From: Dysidea avara
Lineage: Eukaryota
Direction: 5' to 3'
DNA: 64,000 bases
Assembly: GCF_963678975.1 (NCBI RefSeq)
Contig: NC_089281.1
Span: 27,729,151 to 27,793,150 of the forward strand
The position numbers were made by a program, and so were the translations under genes. Every line of letters starts with the position of its first letter. The first letter of the stretch is position 1. Below the pieces are notes generated by a model. It did no database searches. It was given only the letters and a program-made list of their open reading frames with translations, and was not told where the DNA came from. Positions 11,331 to 22,700 of this stretch are shown here, one piece after another.

Positions 11331-12689
11331 AGAGAGGAACGTGTAGTATGTGCATAGGTATTACAGGTGTACTACATGTGATTTATTTGTTTTAACCACT
11401 GGTGTTAACTCATGATCAGCCTTTACAAAATATACGATATGTGTACAAGAGCTATCATGCTACAGTATATATGCTTCACTGTACAAGTTAGATGATAACA
11501 TTGTCAACTCTTTCCCTGATGTAAATATATATTAAGACATTCAGGACCCTCAGCTTAAAATCTGAGCCAGTTACCCACTATGGTTTATTTTTGGATCATG
11601 CAGTGTCTGTATAGTTCTTGGGGTAGGAGTAAGTAGAGGTAAGAAGACTATATATGATTAAATTTCTGATCATGATGGCCTCAGGTAGCAGTATGATTCC
11701 TCGGTTTGATTTAATGTTAGGCAGCAGTCTGGAACAAGCTATAAGTGATTTACTATCTTGTACAAAAGGATGAAGTGTGCTTGCCTATGCTTTTGAAGAC
11801 TACCACGCAGTTTAGTTTATTTAACATTTGTGTGATACTGCTTGATTACTTGTTTCTCATCCACAAAAAAAATGGATTTCCATGCAGGTGGGAGGTCATT
11901 TTTCATTATTCATTATTACAGAAAAACTCCAACTCAAGCTGTCTGCTACTATAAAGGTTACCAAAAAACCTTTACCACCATTTCTGAGGTGCAAGTGACA
12001 TTTGCTGTGCTGTAAAATGATATCCAGCCTTTTTAGCATCAAAATAAGTGTGCGAGTGATTGATTACAGCAGTAATGAAATTAGAGGCAGTGGGGTAAAA
12101 AGGGATGCGGGCAGGGATGAGAAGCAATTAATCAAGTTTAATTTGCCTGGCCTAATGAGCTGCTCGATATTAGATCATTTCAAGTTTAAAGCTTCAGTGT
12201 CAATTTAGTGGTGTAGATCCCAGATGGTACACAAACAGTCCAAGGAATTTGCTTGTAGGCATATTCTTTGACGTGTTTATGACAGGTATGTAAATTTAAA
12301 ACCAAGTAATCATTTGCTTTAGTGCAGATATAGTCAATTAAAGTGATTGGGCCTGTAGGAACAGCAACAACAGTCACGATGCATATCATTAAATCACATG
12401 AAATTACAATATGAATACAATAACAATATAGTGTGCATGCACGAGTCAGTCACATAGTTCCTACAGGGCTATGATAGTATATTATTTGCATGAACATACA
12501 TACTCCAAGATATTCTACAAATTTTATGGTACTCCACGTTTGTTTATTTTGTATGTCAATGTTCTGGTGGTGTGATGTGTGGTCAGGTGATCCATATACT
12601 TATTTGTTTGCTCATACAATTTGCTGGAGCTGATTGCTCCCCAGCAATCTCTGATTTTATAAACTTGAGGAAATTATAAAGCTTGTAAT

Positions 12690-13565
12690 AATTCACTGTA
12701 GTGTTTTTCTAGTATACTAGAACTAGAACTAAAAGTAGTTTTAGTACAGCCTTTTCTTTTTAGTTCTAGGAACTAGAACTAAACTATAATTCCATTACAA
12801 TCTATTTTAAAAACTGGAACTATACTAGAAAAGTGTTGTTTTTAAGTTTTTTAACAAGAACTAAACTAAAATTAATAGCTTTATAGTACCAATACTAGAA
12901 CTAAACTAAAACTTTTAGTACTGCAACTACTACTGCAACTGTTATTTGAGATTTAGCAGGAGCATGATTGGTGAACTGACTATCTGGCACACCAAGTTAA
13001 AGCCTGACTTTGAAGTACATAATTTATTAACATATAAGATGCATGATTAAGAACAAAGGCAACTTTCCATTACTATCTCGAGTGGCTTGTGACATTGTAG
13101 CAACCACTGCCCTGGTGGAAAGAATAATTTCTTCTGGTGGAGAGAGAAACAAAACTGCGCAACAGATGAAAACTTAGAAAGAGAGATCTTCTTACGTAGA
13201 AACAATAAGTGTATTGTTTAGGTAGGATGTTTTCTTAAATCTTTGATTGGGTTCTATTTCTCAAAGCCTAATTCTATTACGCCTAGTTAGTGATCATTTA
13301 TTCGTAAAAGCAATGAATAAGTATGACTAAGTATATATTCTTAGCATCACTACAGTACTATAACTAATACTTACTAAATTACAGGTACTATAATACAAAC
13401 TAAAATTGTTTCAGCCAAGGATACTAGAACTAGTACTAACTAAATTGTTTTAAACAATGAATACTAGAACTAATACTAACTTGAAATATTTCTGGCAACT
13501 GAACCAGAACTAGAACTGTACTAGAAAAATGTACTTGTACTAGAAAAACACTAATTCACTGTGAT
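12690..13565. mobile_element. Non-autonomous DNA transposon or MITE (about 880 bp) with terminal inverted repeats and subterminal TAGAACTAAA repeats
   Basis: Left end cactgtagtgtttttctagtatactagaactagaact versus right end gtactagaaaaacactaattcactgtg (reverse complement cacagtgaattagtgtttttctagtac). Dense (a/t)ctagaactaaa repeats sit under both ends. No ORF. Confidence 0.55.
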
Positions 13566-14807
13566 GTTCTGCCGAACCACACTGAAATATTTAGTGGACT
13601 CAAAAGTCAGTGCAAAGTTGATGTGAACCAACTGATTAATATGGATTACAGTTGGTAGCTACAGTATTGCAGACAGAAAATAGTTAGTATGAATGAATTA
13701 GATCAGTATTGCAAAGTAGCTACTAGCTCAGAAAGCATTAGACACCATACACCTGATTGCCATGAAAGAAATAATAGACTAGTAGTGCCAGAAATATTGA
13801 GAGACCAAATGATTGCAGGTAATCATGAAAAGTTATTTGCTGAACATTTCTCAGTTAAGAATTAAGATGCTACAGAAATTGAAACAGTACTTTTATTGGC
13901 CAGGAATGATATAGTTTACAAGAAGTGTGAGTCTTGTCAACTTGTGCTATATGTATACTGTCAGGGTCAAGAAAGGAAACAGAGCCCTGCATTACACAAC
14001 ATTCCAGTTGGAGAACCTTTTTCTTTTGTTTGCAAAGAAATAGATGAAAGTTTTGCAAAGAAATAGATGTATGTTTTGAAAAGAATTGCTATGCTTTGGA
14101 CTTGATGAAGAAATGGCTGGAGGTATATCCTGTGGCAGACTGGACTGCAGCAACTGTTGCTAGATGTCTAGCTGGCGTAATCTACTGACATGGATGGATG
14201 GTGCACCTACCTTCGTGATTCATTATCAAGCTGCAGAATTCCTTGCAGATGATTTGCAAGATACAGCTGGGTATCAAGCAACTCCCAGGACATCTACAGT
14301 GCAATGGCTTAGTTGAACACTTCAACTCCTCTCTGAAAGCTATGCTAGCCAGGTAGTAACTAACAAGTGACAGACTACTTTGTTTGCTCATTGAACAATG
14401 GCACATTCGAAAACCGTTTTCCTGCTATGCCAAGTTACCAACGGCATTGAATTTTCACTCTCCTCACCTGAAGACTTAGTTATTTACTCAGACTATATAC
14501 AGTTCTCTTTAAGGAATTAAAATTTATTTGCAAAATTGTTAGAAAGAATATTCAGCCAACTCAGTCATTCCAAGAGAAGCAGTACTGTAATGATCACTGA
14601 ACACTTCAAATTCAAGTATCTTGCCAAGAACCATATCAAGTGTATAAAGTATAACTGATACTAATGTCAAAATTAAAACCATGCAGTGACTGAACCAGAT
14701 GATGTACCTCCCTACAGAAAGTTTCTAGATGTAAAGAAAGTATTCCAACTAACCAAGTGTGGTTAGGACATAGTAAAATTAAATCAAGAAAGCAAAAAAC
14801 TGTAATA

Positions 14808-14828
14808 GGGGGGGGGGGGGGGGGGGGG
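14808..14828. repeat. Poly-G homopolymer (21 nt)
   Basis: Direct reading of the sequence. Confidence 0.8.
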
Positions 14829-16763
14829 AGGGGAAGATGAAAAGAATGCTATATAGAAGTCTCCAGACTATATACTAATTAAATAAACGATGACAAATTG
14901 CTGTGAATGCTAGAAAGAGCTTTCAAGTTAGTAGGAGTTTACATAGTAGTATTATTTTAGGTGAAAGAGATCAATATAATTTAGTCAAGTAACATTAATT
15001 ACTCTAGTTCAGGTCAAGTGGTTAATCAAATGGATACAAGCACAGTGACCCCTGCTGTACAATGTATAGGGGTCATTGTGGAACTTTGAGTTCTGTAGCC
15101 TCATCCCTGATATTTGAAACATAACAAAGTAATGAGTAATATTACCGGAATTGTAACATGCTACTTTTATGTAAAAGCATATTGTATCCAGCATGTGATT
15201 AGTTACATTTTGGATTCAGACAATCTTGTGTACTAGGAAACTGTTGGTTGCTGAATATATACCATTTTGGATAATAGATATTCCTGCAATTCAGCTATTA
15301 TCGGTTTGGACACATTATTTCTTGAATCTAATTCCAACCCTTGTTATATACCTACTGGAGAGGTCAAGGCCATTAATTAGGTTTTCATGCAAATATCAGA
15401 CCTGTAGCCTTCTTCGTCTGGTTGCAAAAGCTACAAAAATGATTTGTCCAAATGCCATTAATTAGCCAAAAATGTATCATCAGTGGCATTGTTCTGATCA
15501 TAATCAATTCTACATTTGATCTGAATGAGTGTACTCTTCAAATATATGAAGGTGGTTGGCTTAAACCTGCAAAGTCATTTCATCTTAATTCATGATCAGA
15601 TACTCATTCAATCAAATCTAATGTACAAAATGTTGTCTATGTGATGGCAATTAATGACAAGTTTTGAAACATGGAACTATCCAAAATTATTACACTTTTT
15701 AACCCCAAATGCTACTGAATCTGGGAAAGCCGGTCTTATCGCCCATGACAGCAGATTGATTTTTCACCAAAAATACAAAGCCACTTGAATAAACTATCAC
15801 ATTATACCTGGCCTGGCACATCAAAATCAACTAGACTTGATCATGAGTAGTCTGCTTTTGCTGGCTGCTTTCCCCAAGCACAGAGGCAATCCATACATGC
15901 AGTCTGGGGCCTTAATGGAGCTCTTGTCAGCCTGGGGATGGTTGTATGTAACTGTACAGCTCCATGGTGTTGAATAAAGACCTGTGCTATACATTTTAGC
16001 CAGCTTTGAGCTTGATCAATCGCAAAGGATTGATATATTATTGCTACATAACTTTAAAGAGGAAGGCGTAGGAATGAATTAGGCCAAGTTATGGGCCATT
16101 CAGGTCTAGCCTTTATGTTAATGAAAGGTGATCATCATAATCTGAAGGCAATTCCAACCATGAACCAGTTAACTAGTACATCACTGATATGCCACCATCC
16201 TATACTGGTACTTTGATATTTATCTAGGAGTGGTATGCAGTAGCATTCTTGTACTGATCACCAGCTACACTTACAATTTTCAAATACCTGAAAAAGCGCT
16301 AGCATACATGTGACATTTTTCTTCCAAAAATGTCACATCTCCAATGTACAGTGACTGCTGCTACACTCAGAGCAGACATGGACTTGCATGTACACAGTTT
16401 GAAATCTGGTAACACTGATTAAAATATTCACTATAATCTGATTGGCTGTAGTAATGATGTCATAACTCATAATAGTGATGTGACACACCCACCTCATTCT
16501 CCTATTTAGTGGTCATTAATTAGTAGTGCATTCCATTGGTCACGCATGTGTATGAGACAATCACATGTGTAGTCATGTAAAGAAAACAGGAGCCACGCCC
16601 AATAACTATGCAGCAAAAGATGCAAGTCTGTACAGTTAATTGCAATGTGTTGTAACAAACAAGCTAGTGTATTTCATATAATAGATGTATTGGGTTATAG
16701 GTGCTACAGAAAGGCCAACATAGTTTGTGAAAGTAAACTGTAGTGCACTTCTGTAAATAGAAT

Positions 16764-16841
16764 TTATTGATCTTCATCAATGTGCTCTTTTTCCCACTGT
16801 GCTTGCTCTTCATGCTTCCTATGCAAGGCTGCATCTCTTTC
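16764..16841 (-). CDS. ITPR: IP3-receptor-like gene, last coding exon (ERDAALHRKHEEQAQWEKEHIDEDQ*). AATAAA overlaps the stop
   Basis: Acceptor ttattttaaacag|G. TAA stop at 16766-16764 sits inside caataaattc. A coiled-coil-like tail, as in IP3R C-termini. Confidence 0.55.
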   Translation of the reverse strand, partial: ERDAALHRKHEEQAQWEKEHIDEDQ

Positions 16842-16892
16842 CTGTTTAAAATAATCAGAACATTAAATATTTACACAGTGTCAGCATTCTAC

Positions 16893-16987
16893 CTCGCGAT
16901 GAAAGCGCTCTAGGATTTCTGCTACCATCTCCTTTAACTCAGTGAGTTGTATTAAGGTTTCATCAGGAGCAACTCTTAGGCTTTTTG
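16893..16987 (-). CDS. ITPR: IP3R-like exon (KSLRVAPDETLIQLTELKEMVAEILERFHRE)
   Basis: Acceptor ttcccattgttccaag|C and donor GAG|gtagaa. A 51-nt intron lies downstream. Phase is consistent with the flanking exons. Confidence 0.5.
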
Positions 16988-17040
16988 CTTGGAACAATGG
17001 GAAAAAGTCAGTCTTACCTTCCTTTATCTTCAATAGATAC

Positions 17041-17194
17041 TAGTAACTGACAGAAACCAAACACAGTAAATCACCTGTTGATATACATAGCTCTCTATAG
17101 CATTGTGGTCACTGACATCAATCCTCTCCAGGTGCAAGTAGAAGTAGATGTAATGCCACATGCAATGCTCATACTTTACATGATGGTTAAATCC
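17041..17194 (-). CDS. ITPR: IP3R-like exon (GFNHHVKYEHCMWHYIYFYLHLERIDVSDHNAIESYVYQQVIYCVWFLSVT)
   Basis: Matches IP3R [49 protein letters not shown]. Acceptor ctttag|G lies after a 55-nt intron. Donor CTA|gtatct is weak. Confidence 0.6.
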
Positions 17195-17249
17195 CTAAAG
17201 TACAGCAAACCTTAGACACACTTACAAAGGGATGTCCCATTAATTATAC

Positions 17250-17327
17250 CTCTGATCTTCTTTCAAATTCATAACTAGCAATGTTACAAATAAAGCAACT
17301 TCCCTTTATATCTGCTTCTATGCGCCA
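17250..17327 (-). CDS. ITPR: IP3R-like exon (WRIEADIKGSCFICNIASYEFERRSE)
   Basis: Contains the CFIC(G/N) motif that follows TM6 in IP3R and RyR (KTTCFICGLERDKFD). A 49-nt intron lies upstream. Donor GAG|gtataa. Confidence 0.65.
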
Positions 17328-17376
17328 CTATGTTAAATATATAAGTATAGCTACCGCTTACAACACTCATCCTTAC

Positions 17377-17523
17377 CCTTTCATTTCTCAGTTCAGAAAA
17401 AGTATCTACAATGATACCAAACACAATGTTTAGGCCAATAGTAGTCACAATAATAAAGAAGGTTAGATCAAAGAAGATAGTCCTGAGGGCAGCATCCTTG
17501 AAAGTCATTGGCAAATCAGTAGT
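17377..17523 (-). CDS. ITPR: IP3R-like exon, pore-lining TM6 (TTDLPMTFKDAALRTIFFDLTFFIIVTTIGLNIVFGIIVDTFSELRNER)
   Basis: Near-diagnostic match to IP3R/RyR TM6 [29 protein letters not shown]. Acceptor tttcatgctag|ACT lies after an 80-nt intron. Donor AGG|gtaagg. Confidence 0.75.
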
Positions 17524-17603
17524 CTAGCATGAAAGAGTTTGATGAATGTCAAATATACATATACAAGATGACCTTACAAATACATACACTAGGTGTGACT
17601 CAC

Positions 17604-17800
17604 CAGTCCTAAGGTGCTCAGTAAGCCATACTCTAACACACTAATAAAGCACTGAATGAGAGTGCGACAGAATCTAACATTATCTCCATCTTCTTCGGGA
17701 TCTGGTTCATGAAATTCATTAGCCAGAAGAGCAAATGTACCCACACTGTAAATGTACATTACTACGAGACCAAGTGCACCAACTGACAGCAATGAGCGAC
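17604..17800 (-). CDS. ITPR: IP3R-like exon, TM5 plus pore helix (RSLLSVGALGLVVMYIYSVGTFALLANEFHEPDPEEDGDNVRFCRTLIQCFISVLEYGLLSTLGL)
   Basis: Matches IP3R [32 protein letters not shown]...[24 protein letters not shown]. Donor CTG|gtgagt. The canonical GGGxGD filter is not encoded. Confidence 0.7.
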
Positions 17801-17850
17801 CTGTATTTTTACGACTAACAGGAATATTGCAAAGTTTATATAATCATTAC

Positions 17851-17891
17851 CATTCTTAGTAACAGATCTCAACACTCTTTGTAGTATGTCA
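17851..17891 (-). CDS. ITPR: IP3R-like micro-exon (DILQRVLRSVTKN, then G split across the intron)
   Basis: Matches IP3R LLNVIKSVTRNG and RyR TLRTILSSVTHNG. Donor G|gtaatg, followed by a 50-nt intron. Acceptor gattgttag|T. Confidence 0.55.
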
Positions 17892-18155
17892 CTAACAATC
17901 ACAATGTGCAGTAGACAAACACAATAGAAGTATCCATAAAACAGTAATGATAGTGCTGAGCACACCACAAACATCTACATGTACCATGTCAGAATACACA
18001 ATATAACTGATTCATACACAGTGTCTTACTAAGTGATATAGAGATCTCAGTCCTAACAATGGTTCATCAGAGTAAGTTGGATTTCTTTTTTTCTGAAGCC
18101 TACACAAGCAGGTATAAGTAACTATTTTACTTTGCTATACTATGATTATACTTAC

Positions 18156-18485
18156 ACATATTTATAGAAAAAATCTGGCAGGACAAAATTGGATAAGTTG
18201 ATGAGGAAGTAAGATATAACCATTGCAATACTCATCAAAAGGTGGATGCCACCTCCAATGAAGAGAGCATAGCCAAAAAACCAATGACTCCTGCCTTCAT
18301 TTTCAGGAGTAGTTGGAGTAAGAGATTTTGCTATTGTACATAAATCATGAGTACAGTCACCAGCTGTAAAATTATTGCTAGTGAAGTTGTTGTTATAACA
18401 GGAAGTTTCCAAACAAAAAGTATGTAGTGCCATTTGATCGACTGATAATTCTGTTCCTTCATCTGGGGCATTGTAGGTATATCCA
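18156..18485 (-). CDS. ITPR: IP3R-like exon encoding a Cys/Asn-rich luminal loop and a TM segment (…FCLETSCYNNNFTSNNFTAGDCTHDLC…SHWFFGYALFIGGGIHLLMSIAMVISYFLINLSNFVLPDFFYKY)
   Basis: HLLMSIAM matches RyR HLLDIAMG and IP3R SLLLFDLVY. Donor TATGT|gtaagt, phase 2. Acceptor ctattcag|T after a 51-nt intron. An alternative internal acceptor exists at 18364. Confidence 0.5.
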
Positions 18486-18536
18486 CTGAATAGACAATAC
18501 GGTAAATTAAATTATGTTAAAGATGTAACAACCTAC

Positions 18537-18614
18537 AATTTGAGATCAACATCACTCCAAGCAATTACCAACATGATGTTCATCACCAGTGTCCAAAGAA
18601 TGAGAAGGTAATTT
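18537..18614 (-). CDS. ITPR: IP3R-like exon (NYLLILWTLVMNIMLVIAWSDVDLK)
   Basis: Matches IP3R [22 protein letters not shown]. Flanked by 55-nt and 51-nt introns. Confidence 0.55.
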
Positions 18615-18669
18615 CTTAATTTTCTGTTATATAACTCATTACATTAATGGACAAGTTAAGGTAACTTAC

Positions 18670-18716
18670 AGGTTGTATACAAACATGTTCGTGTACCATT
18701 TTCCACGTAGGACTGT
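18670..18716 (-). CDS. ITPR: IP3R-like micro-exon (TVLRGKWYTNMFVYN)
   Basis: Acceptor ttataacag|ACA and donor CCT|gtaagt. The 51-nt upstream intron removes an in-frame TAA. Confidence 0.45.
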
Positions 18717-18767
18717 CTGTTATAAAATAGTGTATAAAATGTCAACCATGGTACATATATAGGATAC

Positions 18768-18890
18768 CAAATGATGAACTTCTTTCTTTATAGACATCAT
18801 CCAATTTAAAAAATCTCGAGTTTTGTCCTCAGGAGATCCACGACTCACCCGATATTTTACCTTTCTAATTATTTCTTCTGGAAGCTCATC
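18768..18890 (-). CDS. ITPR: IP3R-like exon (DELPEEIIRKVKYRVSRGSPEDKTRDFLNWMMSIKKEVHHL)
   Basis: WMMSIKK matches IP3R FWSSISFNLAV and RyR TWLMSIDVKY. Acceptor gaacaatag|GAT after a 53-nt intron. Donor TTG|gtatcc. Confidence 0.5.
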
Positions 18891-18943
18891 CTATTGTTCA
18901 CCCCTTGTTACACACATTTACACTATTATGTATGTATGCTCAC

Positions 18944-19092
18944 AGCAGGATAATATCTGAAGTGAACTTTAGCCAACACTTTCTGGTCCTCTTCATTATG
19001 ATAAAGCACCTCTATGCCTTTGGACCACTTTTTGCAATAATTCCAAGCCTCAGTAAGATATTTAGGATCTTTTGACCCAACAGTGACTGGTT
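18944..19092 (-). CDS. ITPR: IP3R-like exon (PVTVGSKDPKYLTEAWNYCKKWSKGIEVLYHNEEDQKVLAKVHFRYYPA)
   Basis: Matches IP3R [35 protein letters not shown]. Acceptor tgttttctttactcag|AA, donor GCT|gtgagc. Confidence 0.5.
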
Positions 19093-19149
19093 CTGAGTAA
19101 AGAAAACATGTCAAGAGCATGGAGTAAGCAGCTAATCACAAATTGTAAA

Positions 19150-19710
19150 ATGACCATTCTATGCATACAGTACGGTAGTACTATTTAGTAAGGTTCCCTC
19201 CTAAAGTGATGGGTGCCTCCCACCATTAAAAACCATCATACATGATGAAAATCGAATAACCTTAGTGTAACTAACATTAAATCCAGCATTAAAAACAAGA
19301 AAATACAGATGGCTGAATATTCAATTTTACAAAATGCTAAACTCAATTTTGGTATACTTGCCAGCCTTCCTGACCACAGTCGCAAGGCTAGAGGCCAAAC
19401 AAAGCAGCATATAGCCATCATTTCTTGCCACAATAACAAACTCACTGGCGGCATGTGCCTTTTCTGGTTCCAATGGGTGTCTACCATCTGCGCTTCCCCT
19501 TTCCTTTTATTTTCAATTACATGCTTGTCTTTTTCATGCAAGGAAACCGTACTAAGGCAGTAATTTTCTATATAAATACTTTTTTCCTGAGAGGAGCATA
19601 TTTATAGAAGCCACAATACTATTTGAAGCGTTTTAGCGACTGTAAGTGGAGTAGATACATGTAGCTGCACTTGTAAACAAAAACATGTATCGACCACACC
19701 CACTAAATGA
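19150..19710 (+). repeat. Dispersed repeat family copy 2 (CpG-depleted paralog of 2180-2740), inside an IP3R intron
   Basis: Homologous to 2180-2740, with CpG to TpG/CpA substitutions. ORFs 19236-19541 and 19309-19563 lie inside it and are judged spurious. Confidence 0.55.
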
Positions 19711-19879
19711 TCAGAACATGCTGCTCCACTCTTAGAGCATGCCATGACCATGCCTGTCAATGTAGTTTTGCTGTAGAAAATTAGACATGGCAAACAGATT
19801 GACATATTCTAATAAAGTAGTCATGGCCACACATGCAAAAAAAGAGAAAAAATTAACAAACTAGTACAATTATTAATTT

Positions 19880-20095
19880 AAAAATGAAGTAGGGTTCTAG
19901 TGATATAAAAAGTAGTGAAACAAGATAGAATGATGGTAGCTATTACAACATAGCTACGTGGGAAATACCTACTCTGGCATTGAACAGATATGCCAATGTG
20001 GGGATTTTCTTACATAGCTATGTTGTAATAGCTACCATCATTCATATTTCTTGTTTCACTACTTTTATCACTGGAATCCTACTTCATTTTTAAAT
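19880..20095. repeat. Foldback element, same family as 3110-3300
   Basis: gaagtagggttctagtgatataaaaagtagtgaaacaag...cttgtttcactacttttatcactggaatcctacttc forms a near-perfect inverted repeat. Confidence 0.6.
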
Positions 20096-20171
20096 ATTAT
20101 ATAATAATTTTTAATATATCATATCAATTATGGTAACAAAATGGTTGTCGTGTAATTGTATAATTACTAAC

Positions 20172-20256
20172 CAACATCGCTCAGTGAAATCCCCTCAAAG
20201 TCTGCCATGTGCACTAGTAAATGGTAGGCTTTAAATGCTGCTCTTTCTGCATCACC
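20172..20256 (-). CDS. ITPR: IP3R-like exon (GDAERAAFKAYHLLVHMADFEGISLSDV)
   Basis: Matches IP3R [25 protein letters not shown]. Acceptor tattatttag|G. Donor G|gttagt in phase 1 matches the phase-1 acceptor of the 18944-19092 exon. Confidence 0.55.
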
Positions 20257-21749
20257 CTAAATAATACATGTTGTGGAAAGTAATGTTTAGTGCAAGTAGA
20301 TAAATGTATTCATAACAATCTGGCTCCTCCATAAAGTAAGGTAAATGGAGGTAACTCTGTGAATATTTTGTATTCATGTTCATAACGATCAACAAAACTG
20401 ATTGCAACTAAATTTGGCTACAAGCAACATGTGTTTATAAATATAATTATGAGAACTAAGCAAGTACAACTATTGCACAGAAATAGCTAGATAGAGACTT
20501 CGCTATAGCAAAGTTTGTTGTGCTACATACCTTTAATAAAACTGCATTATCATAAAAACCAGAGTAGCTAGAAACTACCACTTTGATACAGGTAATCACC
20601 ATAACCTGCATCTCAAATGGTAAATGATGGTTTAGAGGTTACAGCTCATCATACTTGAAATTCATGAAATTACTTCAGTCACGAAGTTACCTCCTTACAG
20701 GGTTACTTCCACCCACAAGATATATGCATATATGGATGAACCCATAAATGAAGGAAGACAGATTGAAGATTGGAAGATATTTGTTTCAAATGTGTTCAAA
20801 GAGTTGGGTATTCTTAGTAATCTTTCCAACCAGCCACTCAGATCTATATCTACAGTGCTTAAAAGGCCATTGTGCATGAACAATAGTTTGTGCATACAAA
20901 ATTGTTTACTACCCGAAGATAAAGATATTGAGGATAAAGTTATTGGTGAACCTGAGGACTATGCATTGTAACTTTATAATGTAAAATTCTGTACCTGTAT
21001 TATAGCCGTATGCTATTACTGTTTGTGGTGTATGTGCCAATGTATTGTGCACCTGACAAATCATCTGAAAAAAATGTATTAGTATATATAACACTTTCAC
21101 ACCTCAGGCCAAAGGAATTTCAGAGGATACATTTGCAGTGTAAACCTCTTTTGTGTAAGTGGACACACATGTTTCCAAAATTGGCAATGCCACATTTTGG
21201 AGAGTTGCTAAAATTGGCAACAATTGAAGTAGCCAGTGGAAATCCTCGGGTTGCCAATTTTAGCATTTCAGTGACTTAAAAGTTGCCAATTATCATAATC
21301 ACTTGATTCCATAATTTGCCAAAAATGTCAAATTTTAGGCATTTTGACAGTTGCCAAAAGTGGCTCCAAAACATACCACAGTGATTGCCCATACCAAAAA
21401 TGGCAATCATAATATTTACATCTCTATTCTTTACACCTCATTCAAAAATCAGAAAGTAGTCTATACATGCAATGCCTACTGGACTACTAGCTATTAGTTT
21501 ACTAGGTGAAGTGTTACGCACTCTGATATGGAAATGCATGCCCTCAGCCCTGCCATACATATCAGGTATATCTTAAATGCCTATGTTACAACTATTACAA
21601 ATATTAATATTGTGGATAAGCTTACTATGATATGTGACCAAGGAGATGTAGCCAGAAATATTTAGTAGGCAAGGCATACATGACTGTTCTATTAGAGAAT
21701 CTCGATCTTTTGTAGTATTAAATTCTTACATGATTAGTTAAGCTCAAGA

Positions 21750-22040
21750 GTACAAGTACACAAAAAAAAGAATTTTCAACTAGAGTAGGGACAATAGCAC
21801 ATCGATAAAATGTACTGAAACAAGCTTGAGTAATGTACAATAATAAATCACAGTAAAACAATAAGAAGTGCATCCCTACAATGCTCAAGATACCACAATG
21901 GAATTGCACAGCAGGGATATAACACTTCTTATTGTTTACTGTGATTTAATATCATGCACTACTCAAGCTTGTTTCAGTACATTTTATTGATGTGCTATGG
22001 TCCCTATTCTAGTTGAAAATTCCACACTTTTTGTGTACTT
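21750..22040. repeat. Long hairpin or inverted repeat (arms about 130 bp)
   Basis: 21752-21880 (…agtagggacaatagcacatcgataaaatgtactgaaacaagcttgagtaatgtacaataataaatcacagtaaaacaataagaagtgcatccctaca) is the reverse complement of 21905-22040. Confidence 0.55.
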
Positions 22041-22059
22041 GCTTGTTAACTTTTTTTGT

Positions 22060-22700
22060 AAAATAAAATTATTATGACTGGTGAACCCACGCATACTGCA
22101 TCAAAAGAAAGAAATGGTGCTGCACACCCCAGCTATCAGTTATTGTCTGAAAAGTGAAGTATCCATTACACTTCGTTGTTAGCTATGTTCAACCCGCTAC
22201 CCAGCATTATGAATCAAGAACTGTTCGAAAAGCACCTTTGCAATCAAAGTAGCCACTTTGAAAATACGGATGATTTCTGTTACAAAGGGAAGCCATCATG
22301 TGCTACTGCCAAATCGACACCTTTTGCTGTATGATGAATGTGACACAAATGAAGACACTGGCAAGTCCATGAAAAATGCATTGTACACACTGCGGTATGC
22401 CAAAAGACACATGTCTGGCTGAAGATCGAACAGTGAAAAAAAATCAAGCATGTAGCATTCAAGTTATGCTTGTCTGAAGGTATAAGTCAGTCAGTTACTC
22501 ATGCAGTCAGTCAGTAGAAAATTCCGTTTAATAATTTAAAAAAAATTCAACTTGTTGAAAGCATTTCGGGTCGATCAGAAGGCTTTTACGTAACCAATAC
22601 TGCTTCATCGTTGTCAGGGAAAAGTGAGGCTGGCTTTTGGGTAATTTTTCATGGGCCACGCCTACATCTTTGTATACAGAACTATCATACTGTACTGTAA
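22060..22700. repeat. Composite dispersed repeat family (ATTATGACTGGTGAACCC..GCATACTGCATCAAAAGAAAG plus AAATTC..GGTAACCAATACTGC modules), copy 1
   Basis: Shares modules with 29700-30500, 32100-32560, 33400-34780, 45790-46660 and 56200-56620. Short ORFs inside (for example 22280-22462) recur across copies and are judged non-coding. Confidence 0.5.

Noticed and set aside
20732-20971. Plus-strand ORF with an ATG (MDEPINEGRQIEDWKIF…) as a nested gene
   Set aside because: It is short, has no recognisable domain, and is antisense to a minus-strand open frame that weakly resembles an IP3R segment (…GSSIYAYILWVE…). It was not called.
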